Origin: an uncultured Candidatus Saccharibacteria bacterium
GTDB taxonomy: Bacteria; Patescibacteriota; Dojkabacteria; SC72
NCBI GenBank assembly: GCA_964610125.1
Contig: CAZSUV010000001.1
Coordinates: 383,877-447,876, forward strand
Reading direction: 5' to 3'
DNA: 64,000 nt
Of the stretch, positions 19,157-28,277 are shown piece by piece. Under the pieces are notes generated by a model, which did no database searches, was not told where the DNA came from, and was given only the letters and a program-made list of their open reading frames with translations. A program made the translations under genes and the position numbers. Within the stretch, counting starts at the first letter, position 1; each line of letters starts with the position of its first letter.

Positions 19157-19360
19157 TCAGTTATTATTACTGTGGAAATTGGAATTTTTTCCATTTGAGT
19201 CTGTATCCCATGACATGCGAGAGCTTCCTCTTTCTGTTGTAACAGACTCTGTGTGATGTGTTGTGCCATCCGGGCGACTTACGTCATGAAAATCTCTGTG
19301 GACAGCTCCCCCAGAAACTTCTGTTCCTGGTGAATCACTTGACGAACGCTCATCAGCCAT
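19157..19360 (-). CDS. Small hydrophilic hypothetical protein
   Basis: 67 aa, AAGAGGT SD before ATG; Ser/Thr/His/Asp-rich. Confidence 0.5.
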   Translation of the reverse strand: MADERSSSDSPGTEVSGGAVHRDFHDVSRPDGTTHHTESVTTERGSSRMSWDTDSNGKNSNFHSNNN

Positions 19361-19495
19361 TGCGACCTCTTTCTTTTTTGAAAAATTCCTTTAACCTAAA
19401 GAACTGTATATTATAGGCGTGACGAATAAATATTACAATAAGGATAAGCATTTTATTGATTCCAGGGAGTGATCTATTGAAGACATTGCGATTGC

Positions 19496-20656
19496 CTACC
19501 CAATAATATACAGCTCCTCTTCAGCTCTTGTTACTGCGGTATACAACCATCTTCTCCAGTTATCATCACTCATCTGTGGGAATCTCTCTTCAAACAGTAT
19601 TACCCGCTTAGCTTGGCTACCTTGAGCCTTATGTACTGTTAAAGCATACCCAAAATCAAACAAATTCATATTCTCAGGTAAATATTGAGTATTGGTTTCA
19701 GCTTTTCCAAATTGGTCAAGACTTACAGGCCCTACAAACACTTCTTCTTCATCATCTAAAGCAATTTCAGCATCATAGAACTTGCCTACATGGTTCTTTG
19801 ATATGGAAAGTATCGTGCCTGTCATACCATTAAATATCCCCATACTAGGATTATTCTTTAAGCAGATTACTCGATCCCCATATTGTGGCTCAGGAGATTC
19901 AAACTCTAATAACTGCCTTATACCTTTATTCAAATCTACTCGTGTACGATTGTATCCTGTTAAGACCATGGTTTGGTCATCAAATGACTCTAGCTTGCCA
20001 GAAAGAAATTCCTGTGTATTTTCTCCATTCTTTGAAAGTTTTTTAACTGTATCTGAAAATTCTAATTGAGGAATATGTCCATATCTACGTGCAATTTCCG
20101 AAACTTTAATAATTGGATTATCTCTTTCTTGTCTGAATATCTCTTCCAGCTTAATATTTGGTCTCTCCATCAAATTGAAAGTCCCTTCTACCGGTGGAAG
20201 TTGTCCATGGTCACCAGAAGCGAGAATGGGGACGCCATAACTCAAAAGATCATCCCATATCTGTCTGGTAACCATTGAAGCTTCATCTACAATTATTAAA
20301 TCATATGTAAATTCTTCCTGAAGTTTCTTTTCCCAACCAATGATATTGTCTCTTTCATCACATATGGCTTTGTAAATAAGGCCATGGATAGTACCGATAT
20401 AGTCAGATTTGAATATGGATTTAGCATCTCTAAGCTTGTGTTGAAGTACTCTTGCAGCCTTACCTGTGTAACTACAGTATGCAATCTTAATATTCTTCTT
20501 CTCTTTGTGAAGATGTTGTCCAAGATATCCAAGCATGGTAGTTTTACCCGTACCAGCATACCCACCAAAGGTTAGATACTGTACAGGATGTTCCTTGTAC
20601 CATTGTAAGATGTCATCGATAATTGATTTTTGTTTTTCTGAGAATGCTATGTCCAC
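19496..20656 (-). CDS. SF1B ATP-dependent DNA helicase (RecD-like/Dda-like, no N-terminal extension)
   Basis: GGYAGTGKTT, IVDEASMV, GDHGQLPPV, YALTVHKAQGSQ, LYTAVTRA; GTG start. Confidence 0.9.
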   Translation of the reverse strand: MDIAFSEKQKSIIDDILQWYKEHPVQYLTFGGYAGTGKTTMLGYLGQHLHKEKKNIKIAYCSYTGKAARVLQHKLRDAKSIFKSDYIGTIHGLIYKAICDERDNIIGWEKKLQEEFTYDLIIVDEASMVTRQIWDDLLSYGVPILASGDHGQLPPVEGTFNLMERPNIKLEEIFRQERDNPIIKVSEIARRYGHIPQLEFSDTVKKLSKNGENTQEFLSGKLESFDDQTMVLTGYNRTRVDLNKGIRQLLEFESPEPQYGDRVICLKNNPSMGIFNGMTGTILSISKNHVGKFYDAEIALDDEEEVFVGPVSLDQFGKAETNTQYLPENMNLFDFGYALTVHKAQGSQAKRVILFEERFPQMSDDNWRRWLYTAVTRAEEELYIIG

Positions 20657-20692
20657 TTGAGATGTTAAGAGATAATTGGTAAATTAAAAGAC

Positions 20693-22153
20693 ATGTTAAA
20701 TGTATATAGTCTACTAAAAAAGCGCAAGTTTATACAAATTATCCTAGTATTAGGTTTGTTTTTAATAGCCCCAAGCTTTGTTAGAGCTCAGGAAACAACA
20801 ACCGTAGCTCCTGTACAAGAACTAAAAGCATTTACATATTTTACAGGTATTGGATGTCCCCACTGTGCGAAGATATCTCCTACAATACATAAAAGTGTTA
20901 ATTCCCAGAATGGTTTGTTAATGATTGAGTATGAGATATATCAGGAATCCTCCAATGCTAGAACCTTGTATAGCTACAATTCTAAGTATGGATATGAGTT
21001 AGCAATTCCATTGATTTTGTATGCTCCTAAGGACTTTAACCAAGGGGATACTCCAATTCTTGATAACTTTGATACTCAGATAACCAAGCTTCAAACAAAT
21101 ACAATTGAGCTATCAAACAAGACTGTAAGCTGGACTGATTTGAATTTGAATGATTTTGAGGGTAAGGTAAAATTGTTAACAAAGGATAGAATGGCGATGC
21201 AGAGTAATACTAAAGATTTGAACACTGAGCAGATGGTATTGATAAAGGAGTTTTTGGTTGCTAAAGATTTAGATACATATGTTCAAACTTTACAAGGAAC
21301 TAAAGTTAAGGACATGACTATTGAATATCCTGGAGGTAATGAAATATATACCCATGGCGTTAATATTGGATCATGGACCTTACTTTGGAGAGGAAATAGT
21401 GACGCACAGATAACTGATGGGAAGACCACGACTACAGACTCTAATATTACAAATTCAAGCAATATTTCTTGGGCAAAGATTTCAACGTTAGCGCTTACAG
21501 ATTCTATAAACCCATGCGCATTGTCTGTCCTTTTAATGATGCTAATAGCCATAGCTACATATCATCCTAAGGATAGAAAGCAGATATTGTGGGCGGGCTT
21601 GGCCTTCGTAGCAGCGGTATTTATCACATACTTCATATATGGTCTTCTAATAGTTAAAGCTTTTTCATTTGTGCAAGGTATTAGCAGTATTAAATTGTAT
21701 TTGTACAAGGGGCTAGGGGCAGGTGCAATTATTTTGGGCTTACTTGAGATTAAGGATTTCTTTTTCTACAAGCCTGGATCTATCGGTACTGAGATGCCTA
21801 TGATGTTTAGACCTAAGGTTCAACAGATTCTTGCTAAGGTTACTTCTCCTTTAGGTGCATTTGGATTGGGTATGTTTGTTACTTTATTCTTACTGCCTTG
21901 TACGATTGGCCCATACATTATATTGGGTGGTATGTTGTCATATGGTGAGTTTGCTGGTGCATTGCCATATCTTACTGTCTACAATCTGATATTTATCCTT
22001 CCTATGGTGGTTATAATCCTACTTGTATTCTTTGGATCTAAGAGTATTAAACAGGTTACGGAATGGAGGGAGAAGAATGTTAAGGTTATGCATTTGATAA
22101 TTGGAATAATATTTGTTCTCTTAGGTGTTTCTATGTTCTTTGGGTTGTTTTAA
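20693..22153 (+). CDS. Exported thioredoxin-like domain fused to a CcdA/DsbD-like transmembrane redox domain
   Basis: Signal sequence, CPHC, then about 6 TM with DSINPCA and LPCTIGPY cysteines. Confidence 0.8.
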   Translation: MLNVYSLLKKRKFIQIILVLGLFLIAPSFVRAQETTTVAPVQELKAFTYFTGIGCPHCAKISPTIHKSVNSQNGLLMIEYEIYQESSNARTLYSYNSKYGYELAIPLILYAPKDFNQGDTPILDNFDTQITKLQTNTIELSNKTVSWTDLNLNDFEGKVKLLTKDRMAMQSNTKDLNTEQMVLIKEFLVAKDLDTYVQTLQGTKVKDMTIEYPGGNEIYTHGVNIGSWTLLWRGNSDAQITDGKTTTTDSNITNSSNISWAKISTLALTDSINPCALSVLLMMLIAIATYHPKDRKQILWAGLAFVAAVFITYFIYGLLIVKAFSFVQGISSIKLYLYKGLGAGAIILGLLEIKDFFFYKPGSIGTEMPMMFRPKVQQILAKVTSPLGAFGLGMFVTLFLLPCTIGPYIILGGMLSYGEFAGALPYLTVYNLIFILPMVVIILLVFFGSKSIKQVTEWREKNVKVMHLIIGIIFVLLGVSMFFGLF

Positions 22154-22328
22154 ATAACCAAGAATAGTTTCAATGGTTTGTTATATGAATTACCTATAAT
22201 AGGGATGATACTAACGATATGGGTATAAATACTAATGATTTATATCAATATTTATTAGTAATATAGTGATTTTGTATGGATATTTATCATGATATGTAAT
22301 ATATTCATGATTTCCGATTGTATCGGTG

Positions 22329-22412
22329 AGGCGGTCGAGAGGGAGGTTCAGATTGAAGAAATGTTATATGCCAAAAGGCAATATAGTATTATCTGAACCC
22401 CCTCTTAGGCCT
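22329..22412. repeat. Long imperfect hairpin between convergent genes
   Basis: AGAGGGAGGTTCAGAT...ATCTGAACCCCCTCT outer stem, inner TATATGCC-AAAA-GGCAATATA, flanking AGGC/GCCT. Confidence 0.7.
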
Positions 22413-22456
22413 ATTGTTGAATTCAATATTCATGAGATTGTGGTTTATTTAGCAAG

Positions 22457-22753
22457 CTAAATTTTATGGAATAAAAAGAATTTTATATCCATTTTCCACA
22501 ATCTAAACTGTGTCGCTATCCTGTTGGGTAAGCTTAAATCTAAGCATGCGACACTACTTTCTGGTGTAGGTATGTACAATTTTGTCATAACACTACAGAC
22601 AGAGCCATCTCTTTTCTCATATGTCGATAATCCTGCAGGAAATTGTGTTGGGAGTTTTTCAGGCTCATCAGCAACAACAAATTGTGCAAAAATCATGGCG
22701 ACAAAGACTATGATTAAGATATGGGGTAACAAGGTTCTTGTTTTTGTTTTCAT
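22457..22753 (-). CDS. Small secreted hypothetical protein
   Basis: GAGGAG SD before ATG 22753; basic N-terminus plus hydrophobic signal (VVA-DE), two Cys. Confidence 0.55.
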   Translation of the reverse strand: MKTKTRTLLPHILIIVFVAMIFAQFVVADEPEKLPTQFPAGLSTYEKRDGSVCSVMTKLYIPTPESSVACLDLSLPNRIATQFRLWKMDIKFFLFHKI

Positions 22754-22800
22754 TGAAAGCTCTCCTCTTCCCAAAAGGGAATAAATAAATTTGTGTTTAT

Positions 22801-22863
22801 TCGTGTTATACGAATTAAAGCCTTAAAGCTGGAGACTTGAAAGTTATAAATCGTACAACACGG
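22801..22863 (-). other. Structured 5' leader (stem with two small inner hairpins) upstream of the 22753 ORF
   Basis: Minus strand CGTGTTGTACGATTTA / TAATTCGTATAACACG pairing with a G-U pair on the minus strand. Confidence 0.45.
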
Positions 22864-23095
22864 AGGAGAATGCAATAGGTCTTTTTAAAGAGCAGTATAA
22901 GCTATTTCTAACCTATAGTATATTATACCATATGCCCAATAAATTATACAATAATCATAAATTAAAATCGCGTTATTGATATGCGCTTACTAAAACATAG
23001 AGCAATACATTTATATAGGTACTGTATTTCTTTAAATAATTTAGTATATACTAAACATATCTAATCTGCCTAAATAGAAGACTATATAAATAGTT

Positions 23096-24271
23096 ATGTC
23101 TAAAAAGAAAAAATATATCTTACTATTATTAATAACCTTAGTACTTGCTGCTGTTACAGCTAGTATATACATATTTGTTAATTCGAAGATAAATGGTTCT
23201 ACTATATATACAGTAGATAAATATTCAGATGTTACGAATAGGTGTGATACAAATTTAAAGGATGGAAAGTTATCAGTAGATTGTAAAGCCTTATTAATCA
23301 ACATTGACTCAAATAGTTGCTTTGAAGTGCAGCTCATTACCAAGGACAAAGAATTAAAAGATTTAACTGTTTGTGAGAAGAATGATACTCTTTCATATAC
23401 CAATGATGTATTAGGATACAAAAAGCTAATGCCTGTAGATATGGTATTTACATATACTAAGGAAGGAATACTAAGAGATTACTCATTTAACAACGTTTCG
23501 TTTACTAAGGTAGAAGATACATATGTGCAGAGTATTGTTAATGAAGACATTGCGAACCTAGTAACTTTAGATCCCAAATCAACAGCAATTGAGAATAGTG
23601 TAGATTTTTGTCCAAGACCTGAAACATTGCCAAGTTATATTACAGAAGTGAATAGAACTGCATATACAGAATATTTCAACAAGAATATAATGGCTAAGGA
23701 AAAATATTTCGATGGATATATGTACAACTGGGATGATAGTACCATACGGATATTGTTTGCTTGTGATAGTGCTAAAAATATGGGGTATACAGATGTATGT
23801 AATACTCAAAGATCACAGAATGATAAGAAGCAATCTGTTATCTTCCATGATGTCGATTTTAGCAATAAATTATCTAACTCCAAACTTAATGCTCAAGATA
23901 AATTATTGAAAACCGTGTCTTTAATATACGATAGTATGCACAAGGATATAGGAAACAATATAGTAGATGTAGGTTTGCTCGGTGATATCGTGCAAGAAAT
24001 CAATGCAACAGAAAAATTACAAGAAGAAGTTCTTTGGGGAATTTATAAAATTTATTTGGATTTAACAACATTAAATACATCATATCAGCAAAAATCTTAT
24101 TTTATCGAATCAATACTTAAATCTCAAGGCGATATGTTAACTTACTGCCCTGATGGTGGAGAATCACAATATCATAACGAGATAGGGAAATATTTTAGAT
24201 GCTCAATTGAAAATCAAACTACAATTTATCGTAGATGCAATAATTTAAGAAATTTTATATCTAATGAATAA
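23096..24271 (+). CDS. Membrane-anchored hypothetical protein A1 (paralog of 27061..28275)
   Basis: N-terminal basic plus TM anchor; blocks shared with A2 such as YTNDVL, NEDIANLVT, NSVDFCP, ETLPSYITE, ACDS.KNMGY. Confidence 0.85.
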   Translation: MSKKKKYILLLLITLVLAAVTASIYIFVNSKINGSTIYTVDKYSDVTNRCDTNLKDGKLSVDCKALLINIDSNSCFEVQLITKDKELKDLTVCEKNDTLSYTNDVLGYKKLMPVDMVFTYTKEGILRDYSFNNVSFTKVEDTYVQSIVNEDIANLVTLDPKSTAIENSVDFCPRPETLPSYITEVNRTAYTEYFNKNIMAKEKYFDGYMYNWDDSTIRILFACDSAKNMGYTDVCNTQRSQNDKKQSVIFHDVDFSNKLSNSKLNAQDKLLKTVSLIYDSMHKDIGNNIVDVGLLGDIVQEINATEKLQEEVLWGIYKIYLDLTTLNTSYQQKSYFIESILKSQGDMLTYCPDGGESQYHNEIGKYFRCSIENQTTIYRRCNNLRNFISNE

Positions 24272-27053
24272 GTTCATCCTATTACTGATTATCATTGCCA
24301 TTGTTACTTTCCTGCCGTTTAAATTAGAAGCTGCAGATTGCTCCAATGCTCGTGCGGGAGGAAGCGGGTTAACCTGTAGCGTTAGTGGTATACAAAGTTA
24401 CTGTGCCTCTGGAACAACTTTTTGTGATTGTGCACGGTATGGAACAGCACAACAGATTCACTGTACCCAAGGTGCATACTATTATGGACTTTGCGTATTT
24501 AGCTCAGGCCCAGAAGTTGCAAGCTGGGGATATTGCACACGGAATGTAGATGCTACATATCCTAACGGTGGAACATGTACTTGTTGTACTCCAATCTCTT
24601 GTTCCTGTACCCCCTCATGCCCAGCAGGCGCCTCTACAACATACTCAGGCCCTCTATGTGCTGCAGGAAACGCAAGTTGTTCTCAATCAAATTCCTGTTC
24701 CTCATGTACAAGTACTGGGAGCGCCTGCTACTATCCAGAAACCAACACCACCTTCATCCAATCTAACGGCTCAACTTCAGGCCCAACCTCTGTAAATATG
24801 GTTGTAGATGGTAAAACATATATCCTTTCTACAGACCCAAACAACCCAACCCATATCAAACTCCCAGCTTTAGGTTCTTCTAATGTACAGATAACCACAC
24901 CAACATTCACAGCCCCTGTAACCTCTAGAGGAGCCAATTACTACTACCAAGCCAATAACTATGGAAGTAGCAATGAATGGAAAACATGGACAACATGCTC
25001 AGGCATAGCAGGAGAAGACTTCTGTACTACAATGCCAAATTCAAACAATACTCAAAGCTTTGTACCAACATCTAAAACAGTAAACCAAGTATTAAAGGAA
25101 GGAGCTACTGGAGAAATATCCGCAATGTATGCCACTACAGACAAATGTAACAATACATACAAATATTCATTGCCTATCAAAGGTTACTACATTGTTGATA
25201 CCCTCCCAGATTCACAACCTAATGAAGGAGGCAGTGAAATAGTTAACCCCGAAGATCTTTTCTCAGACATAGGTTTGAATACTACAGCAAATGGTTGTTC
25301 TTCTTTAACATACTCTGGTGTAGAAGCTAACAACGAATTACATATAAAAGCGGACGTTACAGATATCGATGACCTGAACGAAATACAAGCTCTAACCCTT
25401 TGGTTTACAAAAGATACAAACGTTCCTACAACAGAAACAATCTCAGCCTCATATACAGGAAGTATAACTGAGGACCTTGGAATTATGATTAAAAAGAATG
25501 GAGGCGATTGGAGCAATCCAACTATATATGCTACAAATGCAAACCTAAGCTGGGGAGAAATATCACTAACTGATGGGAAAGGATATATAAATGTAGCAGG
25601 TTCTAACATTATCGAAATATATGATATATCAGTCACCCAGGATCTCAATGCAACCTTCGACTACAAGATAAAGTTTTTGAGAAACGCTTCAACCCTTTCT
25701 GGTATGTACAATGTCTACGGAGGCTCACTCGATACATACATGATTAATGGGAACATTATCGATCAAAGTTATTTTGTTAAATTTTTTGATTGGGGAGTAG
25801 ATCTTGAAAACCCTACAGTAGAAGATATAACTCAACAAATTAGAGACTCACAAAATACCTACATAATTTGGGGAAATGCCGATAGCATTAGTGGGATAGC
25901 ACAAACTGTCATTAACGCCTATAGATTGGGTGGAGTATCAACTGACCCAGAGGGGGTTAAATTATATCTTCCAGCCGCATATACAATATTGAAAGGCGCA
26001 ATAACGTTGGATCCTAATGCAAGTATTCCTGATACTATAAACATTGGTAGATACAATGATACAAACGCATGGGTATTTAGCAACAATACTGGAGAACAAG
26101 ATTTAATAAATATTGGAAATAACGAAAGTGGTCAAATCGCTTTATACATAACAGCATATGACAAAGCATGTAACATGAGCGGAAATAGCGCAGATATAGA
26201 TTTAAATCCATGGTTTGCATCAAGAGGGGCAACTGTATATTCTAAGGGCAATATCTCAACAACAACAAAAGATGTTTTAAATTTACCATCACTCAATGGA
26301 GTATTTAACCCAAAGACAGGAATGAACACAACTCTCATTGATCTTGGAAGTGAATTACTTGCGACAAGAAACATCTCTATCTCAAATATAATTCATCCCT
26401 CAAGTGGAGCAGTTTTAGCAACAGAAGTAGAGGATTCAAATAATACTAAAGGAAACTGGTACGCACATCTTCTTGAGAAATTTAATAGATACAAGTCCGA
26501 GCTAACACCATTTGCTAAAGTCGTAACGGACGATTCAGTGTCAGATAGTTGCACCGGTAAGAATTGCTATATGTATTCAATTGAAGACATTACAATTCCG
26601 CAGGGGTATACCTGTGACCGAAGTACATTATTCATTACAGAAGGAAATATACATATAAATCCTGATGTAAATAGTGATAACAATTTGTTAAGTGGTTGTA
26701 TATTTCTAGCAAAGAATAATATTTATATAGAAGCCGGAAGATTTAAATCAACAGGGACAAAAATCTTATATGATTATATAGAGGGTTATATGATTGCAGA
26801 TAATCAAATTATCTTTACAGTGGCAGATGAATCTCGCGCATTGAGAGATGGCGTTGAAATTTTCGGTGGAATGGTAGGGCTAGCAACAAGTGATAACAAA
26901 GGAATATTAATACAACGCAATCTAAGATTATATAGTCAAATAAATCCAACCGTAGTATTAACATATGACACAAAATACCCAAGCATCTCAACTATATTCT
27001 TTGGAACAGAATACAGTTTGTATAAACAAGAAGTTGGGTTCAAAACATTTTAA
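24264..27053 (+). CDS. Large secreted Cys-rich surface/adhesin-like protein B1 (paralog of 28278..31031)
   Basis: Signal peptide, about 19 Cys in the first ~160 aa, Thr/Ser/Asn-rich beta domains, C-terminus GCIFLAKNNIYI...YKQEVGFKTF; overlaps A1 stop. Confidence 0.85.
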   Translation: MNKFILLLIIIAIVTFLPFKLEAADCSNARAGGSGLTCSVSGIQSYCASGTTFCDCARYGTAQQIHCTQGAYYYGLCVFSSGPEVASWGYCTRNVDATYPNGGTCTCCTPISCSCTPSCPAGASTTYSGPLCAAGNASCSQSNSCSSCTSTGSACYYPETNTTFIQSNGSTSGPTSVNMVVDGKTYILSTDPNNPTHIKLPALGSSNVQITTPTFTAPVTSRGANYYYQANNYGSSNEWKTWTTCSGIAGEDFCTTMPNSNNTQSFVPTSKTVNQVLKEGATGEISAMYATTDKCNNTYKYSLPIKGYYIVDTLPDSQPNEGGSEIVNPEDLFSDIGLNTTANGCSSLTYSGVEANNELHIKADVTDIDDLNEIQALTLWFTKDTNVPTTETISASYTGSITEDLGIMIKKNGGDWSNPTIYATNANLSWGEISLTDGKGYINVAGSNIIEIYDISVTQDLNATFDYKIKFLRNASTLSGMYNVYGGSLDTYMINGNIIDQSYFVKFFDWGVDLENPTVEDITQQIRDSQNTYIIWGNADSISGIAQTVINAYRLGGVSTDPEGVKLYLPAAYTILKGAITLDPNASIPDTINIGRYNDTNAWVFSNNTGEQDLINIGNNESGQIALYITAYDKACNMSGNSADIDLNPWFASRGATVYSKGNISTTTKDVLNLPSLNGVFNPKTGMNTTLIDLGSELLATRNISISNIIHPSSGAVLATEVEDSNNTKGNWYAHLLEKFNRYKSELTPFAKVVTDDSVSDSCTGKNCYMYSIEDITIPQGYTCDRSTLFITEGNIHINPDVNSDNNLLSGCIFLAKNNIYIEAGRFKSTGTKILYDYIEGYMIADNQIIFTVADESRALRDGVEIFGGMVGLATSDNKGILIQRNLRLYSQINPTVVLTYDTKYPSISTIFFGTEYSLYKQEVGFKTF

Positions 27054-27060
27054 ATAAATA

Positions 27061-28275
27061 ATGAGAAAAACTTCTACAAAAACAAAATACATATTAATGC
27101 TCCTATCCTTTCTTTTTATCGTTTCTTTAGGCACAGGGATATTTTTTTTGTTAAAACAAAAAACGTTGAAAATATTCGAGAAGAGGATTAATAGATATTC
27201 AGAGGTGTTTGATTGGTGTAACCATACTTTAAATGATAATAAATTAGATATTAATTGTTCTGGATTATTAAAAGATATTAAAGTCACAGAAAATAAAGAA
27301 ACATGCTTTGAAATACAGGTAATCGCCCAGGACAAGCAACTAAAGGATATGACTGTTTGTGAAAATGAAGATAATTATGTATATACCAACGATGTATTGG
27401 AGTTTAAAAGATTGATGCCAGTTAGTATAGTATTTGCTTATACAAATGAAGGGGTATTAGGTGAATATCAATTAAATAAAGTTTCATTCTCTAAAAAAGA
27501 TAATACGTATATACAGAACATTATCAATGAAGATATTGCGAATCTCGTTACAATAGATCTAAGTACCACAACGATACAAAATAGTGTAGATTTTTGTCCT
27601 CAATTAGAGACATTGCCAAGTTATATTACAGAGGCTAATAAAAATGCATATTCCGAATATCTCAATAAGAATACTCTTACGGAAGACAAATACATAGATC
27701 CTCTATTATATAGTTGGGATGATACTATCATACGGTTACTATACGCGTGTGATTCTTCAAAAAATATGGGATACAAAGGGGTATGCAGTGATAAAAAAAT
27801 TAACAATCTGTCTTTAATGTCAACTGAAATAAACCATATCTATGCTACTCCAGTTTGGAATAATACATTGAATAATAAAAACAAAATGCTTCTGAAGGAG
27901 ATTTCGCTTCTATATGACAATATGTATTCTATCAATATACCCAATAGCTTGGTAAATCTAAGTTTAATGAAAGACCTAGTTGATACTGTGAACACAGACT
28001 CAAACCTTAATGGGGAAATATTATGTGGAATATATAAGATTTATAGTGGACTAGCAACCCAAGATAGCAAATATATTTCTGATAGAAATACCCTCCGAGA
28101 TTTGTTTTCTTCAGACTTATCAAATACTTCGACATGCACAGATATTATTCCCGATCTTAATTTGAACAAAGATACAAATGGAATATATATAGAAAGATAT
28201 TACTCAAATCTCCAACCTGACCTATTAACAATATATTCAAGATGTCAAAACCTAACTAACATTGTATTATATTAA
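27061..28275 (+). CDS. Membrane-anchored hypothetical protein A2 (paralog of A1)
   Basis: Same conserved blocks as A1; divergent C-terminal third, shared end TIY.RC.NL.N. Confidence 0.85.
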   Translation: MRKTSTKTKYILMLLSFLFIVSLGTGIFFLLKQKTLKIFEKRINRYSEVFDWCNHTLNDNKLDINCSGLLKDIKVTENKETCFEIQVIAQDKQLKDMTVCENEDNYVYTNDVLEFKRLMPVSIVFAYTNEGVLGEYQLNKVSFSKKDNTYIQNIINEDIANLVTIDLSTTTIQNSVDFCPQLETLPSYITEANKNAYSEYLNKNTLTEDKYIDPLLYSWDDTIIRLLYACDSSKNMGYKGVCSDKKINNLSLMSTEINHIYATPVWNNTLNNKNKMLLKEISLLYDNMYSINIPNSLVNLSLMKDLVDTVNTDSNLNGEILCGIYKIYSGLATQDSKYISDRNTLRDLFSSDLSNTSTCTDIIPDLNLNKDTNGIYIERYYSNLQPDLLTIYSRCQNLTNIVLY

Positions 28276-28277
28276 GT

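Noticed and set aside
17620-22412. Hairpins as integron attC sites
   Set aside because: No RYYYAAC/GTTRRRY ends, no shared sequence among the hairpins and no integrase in the window
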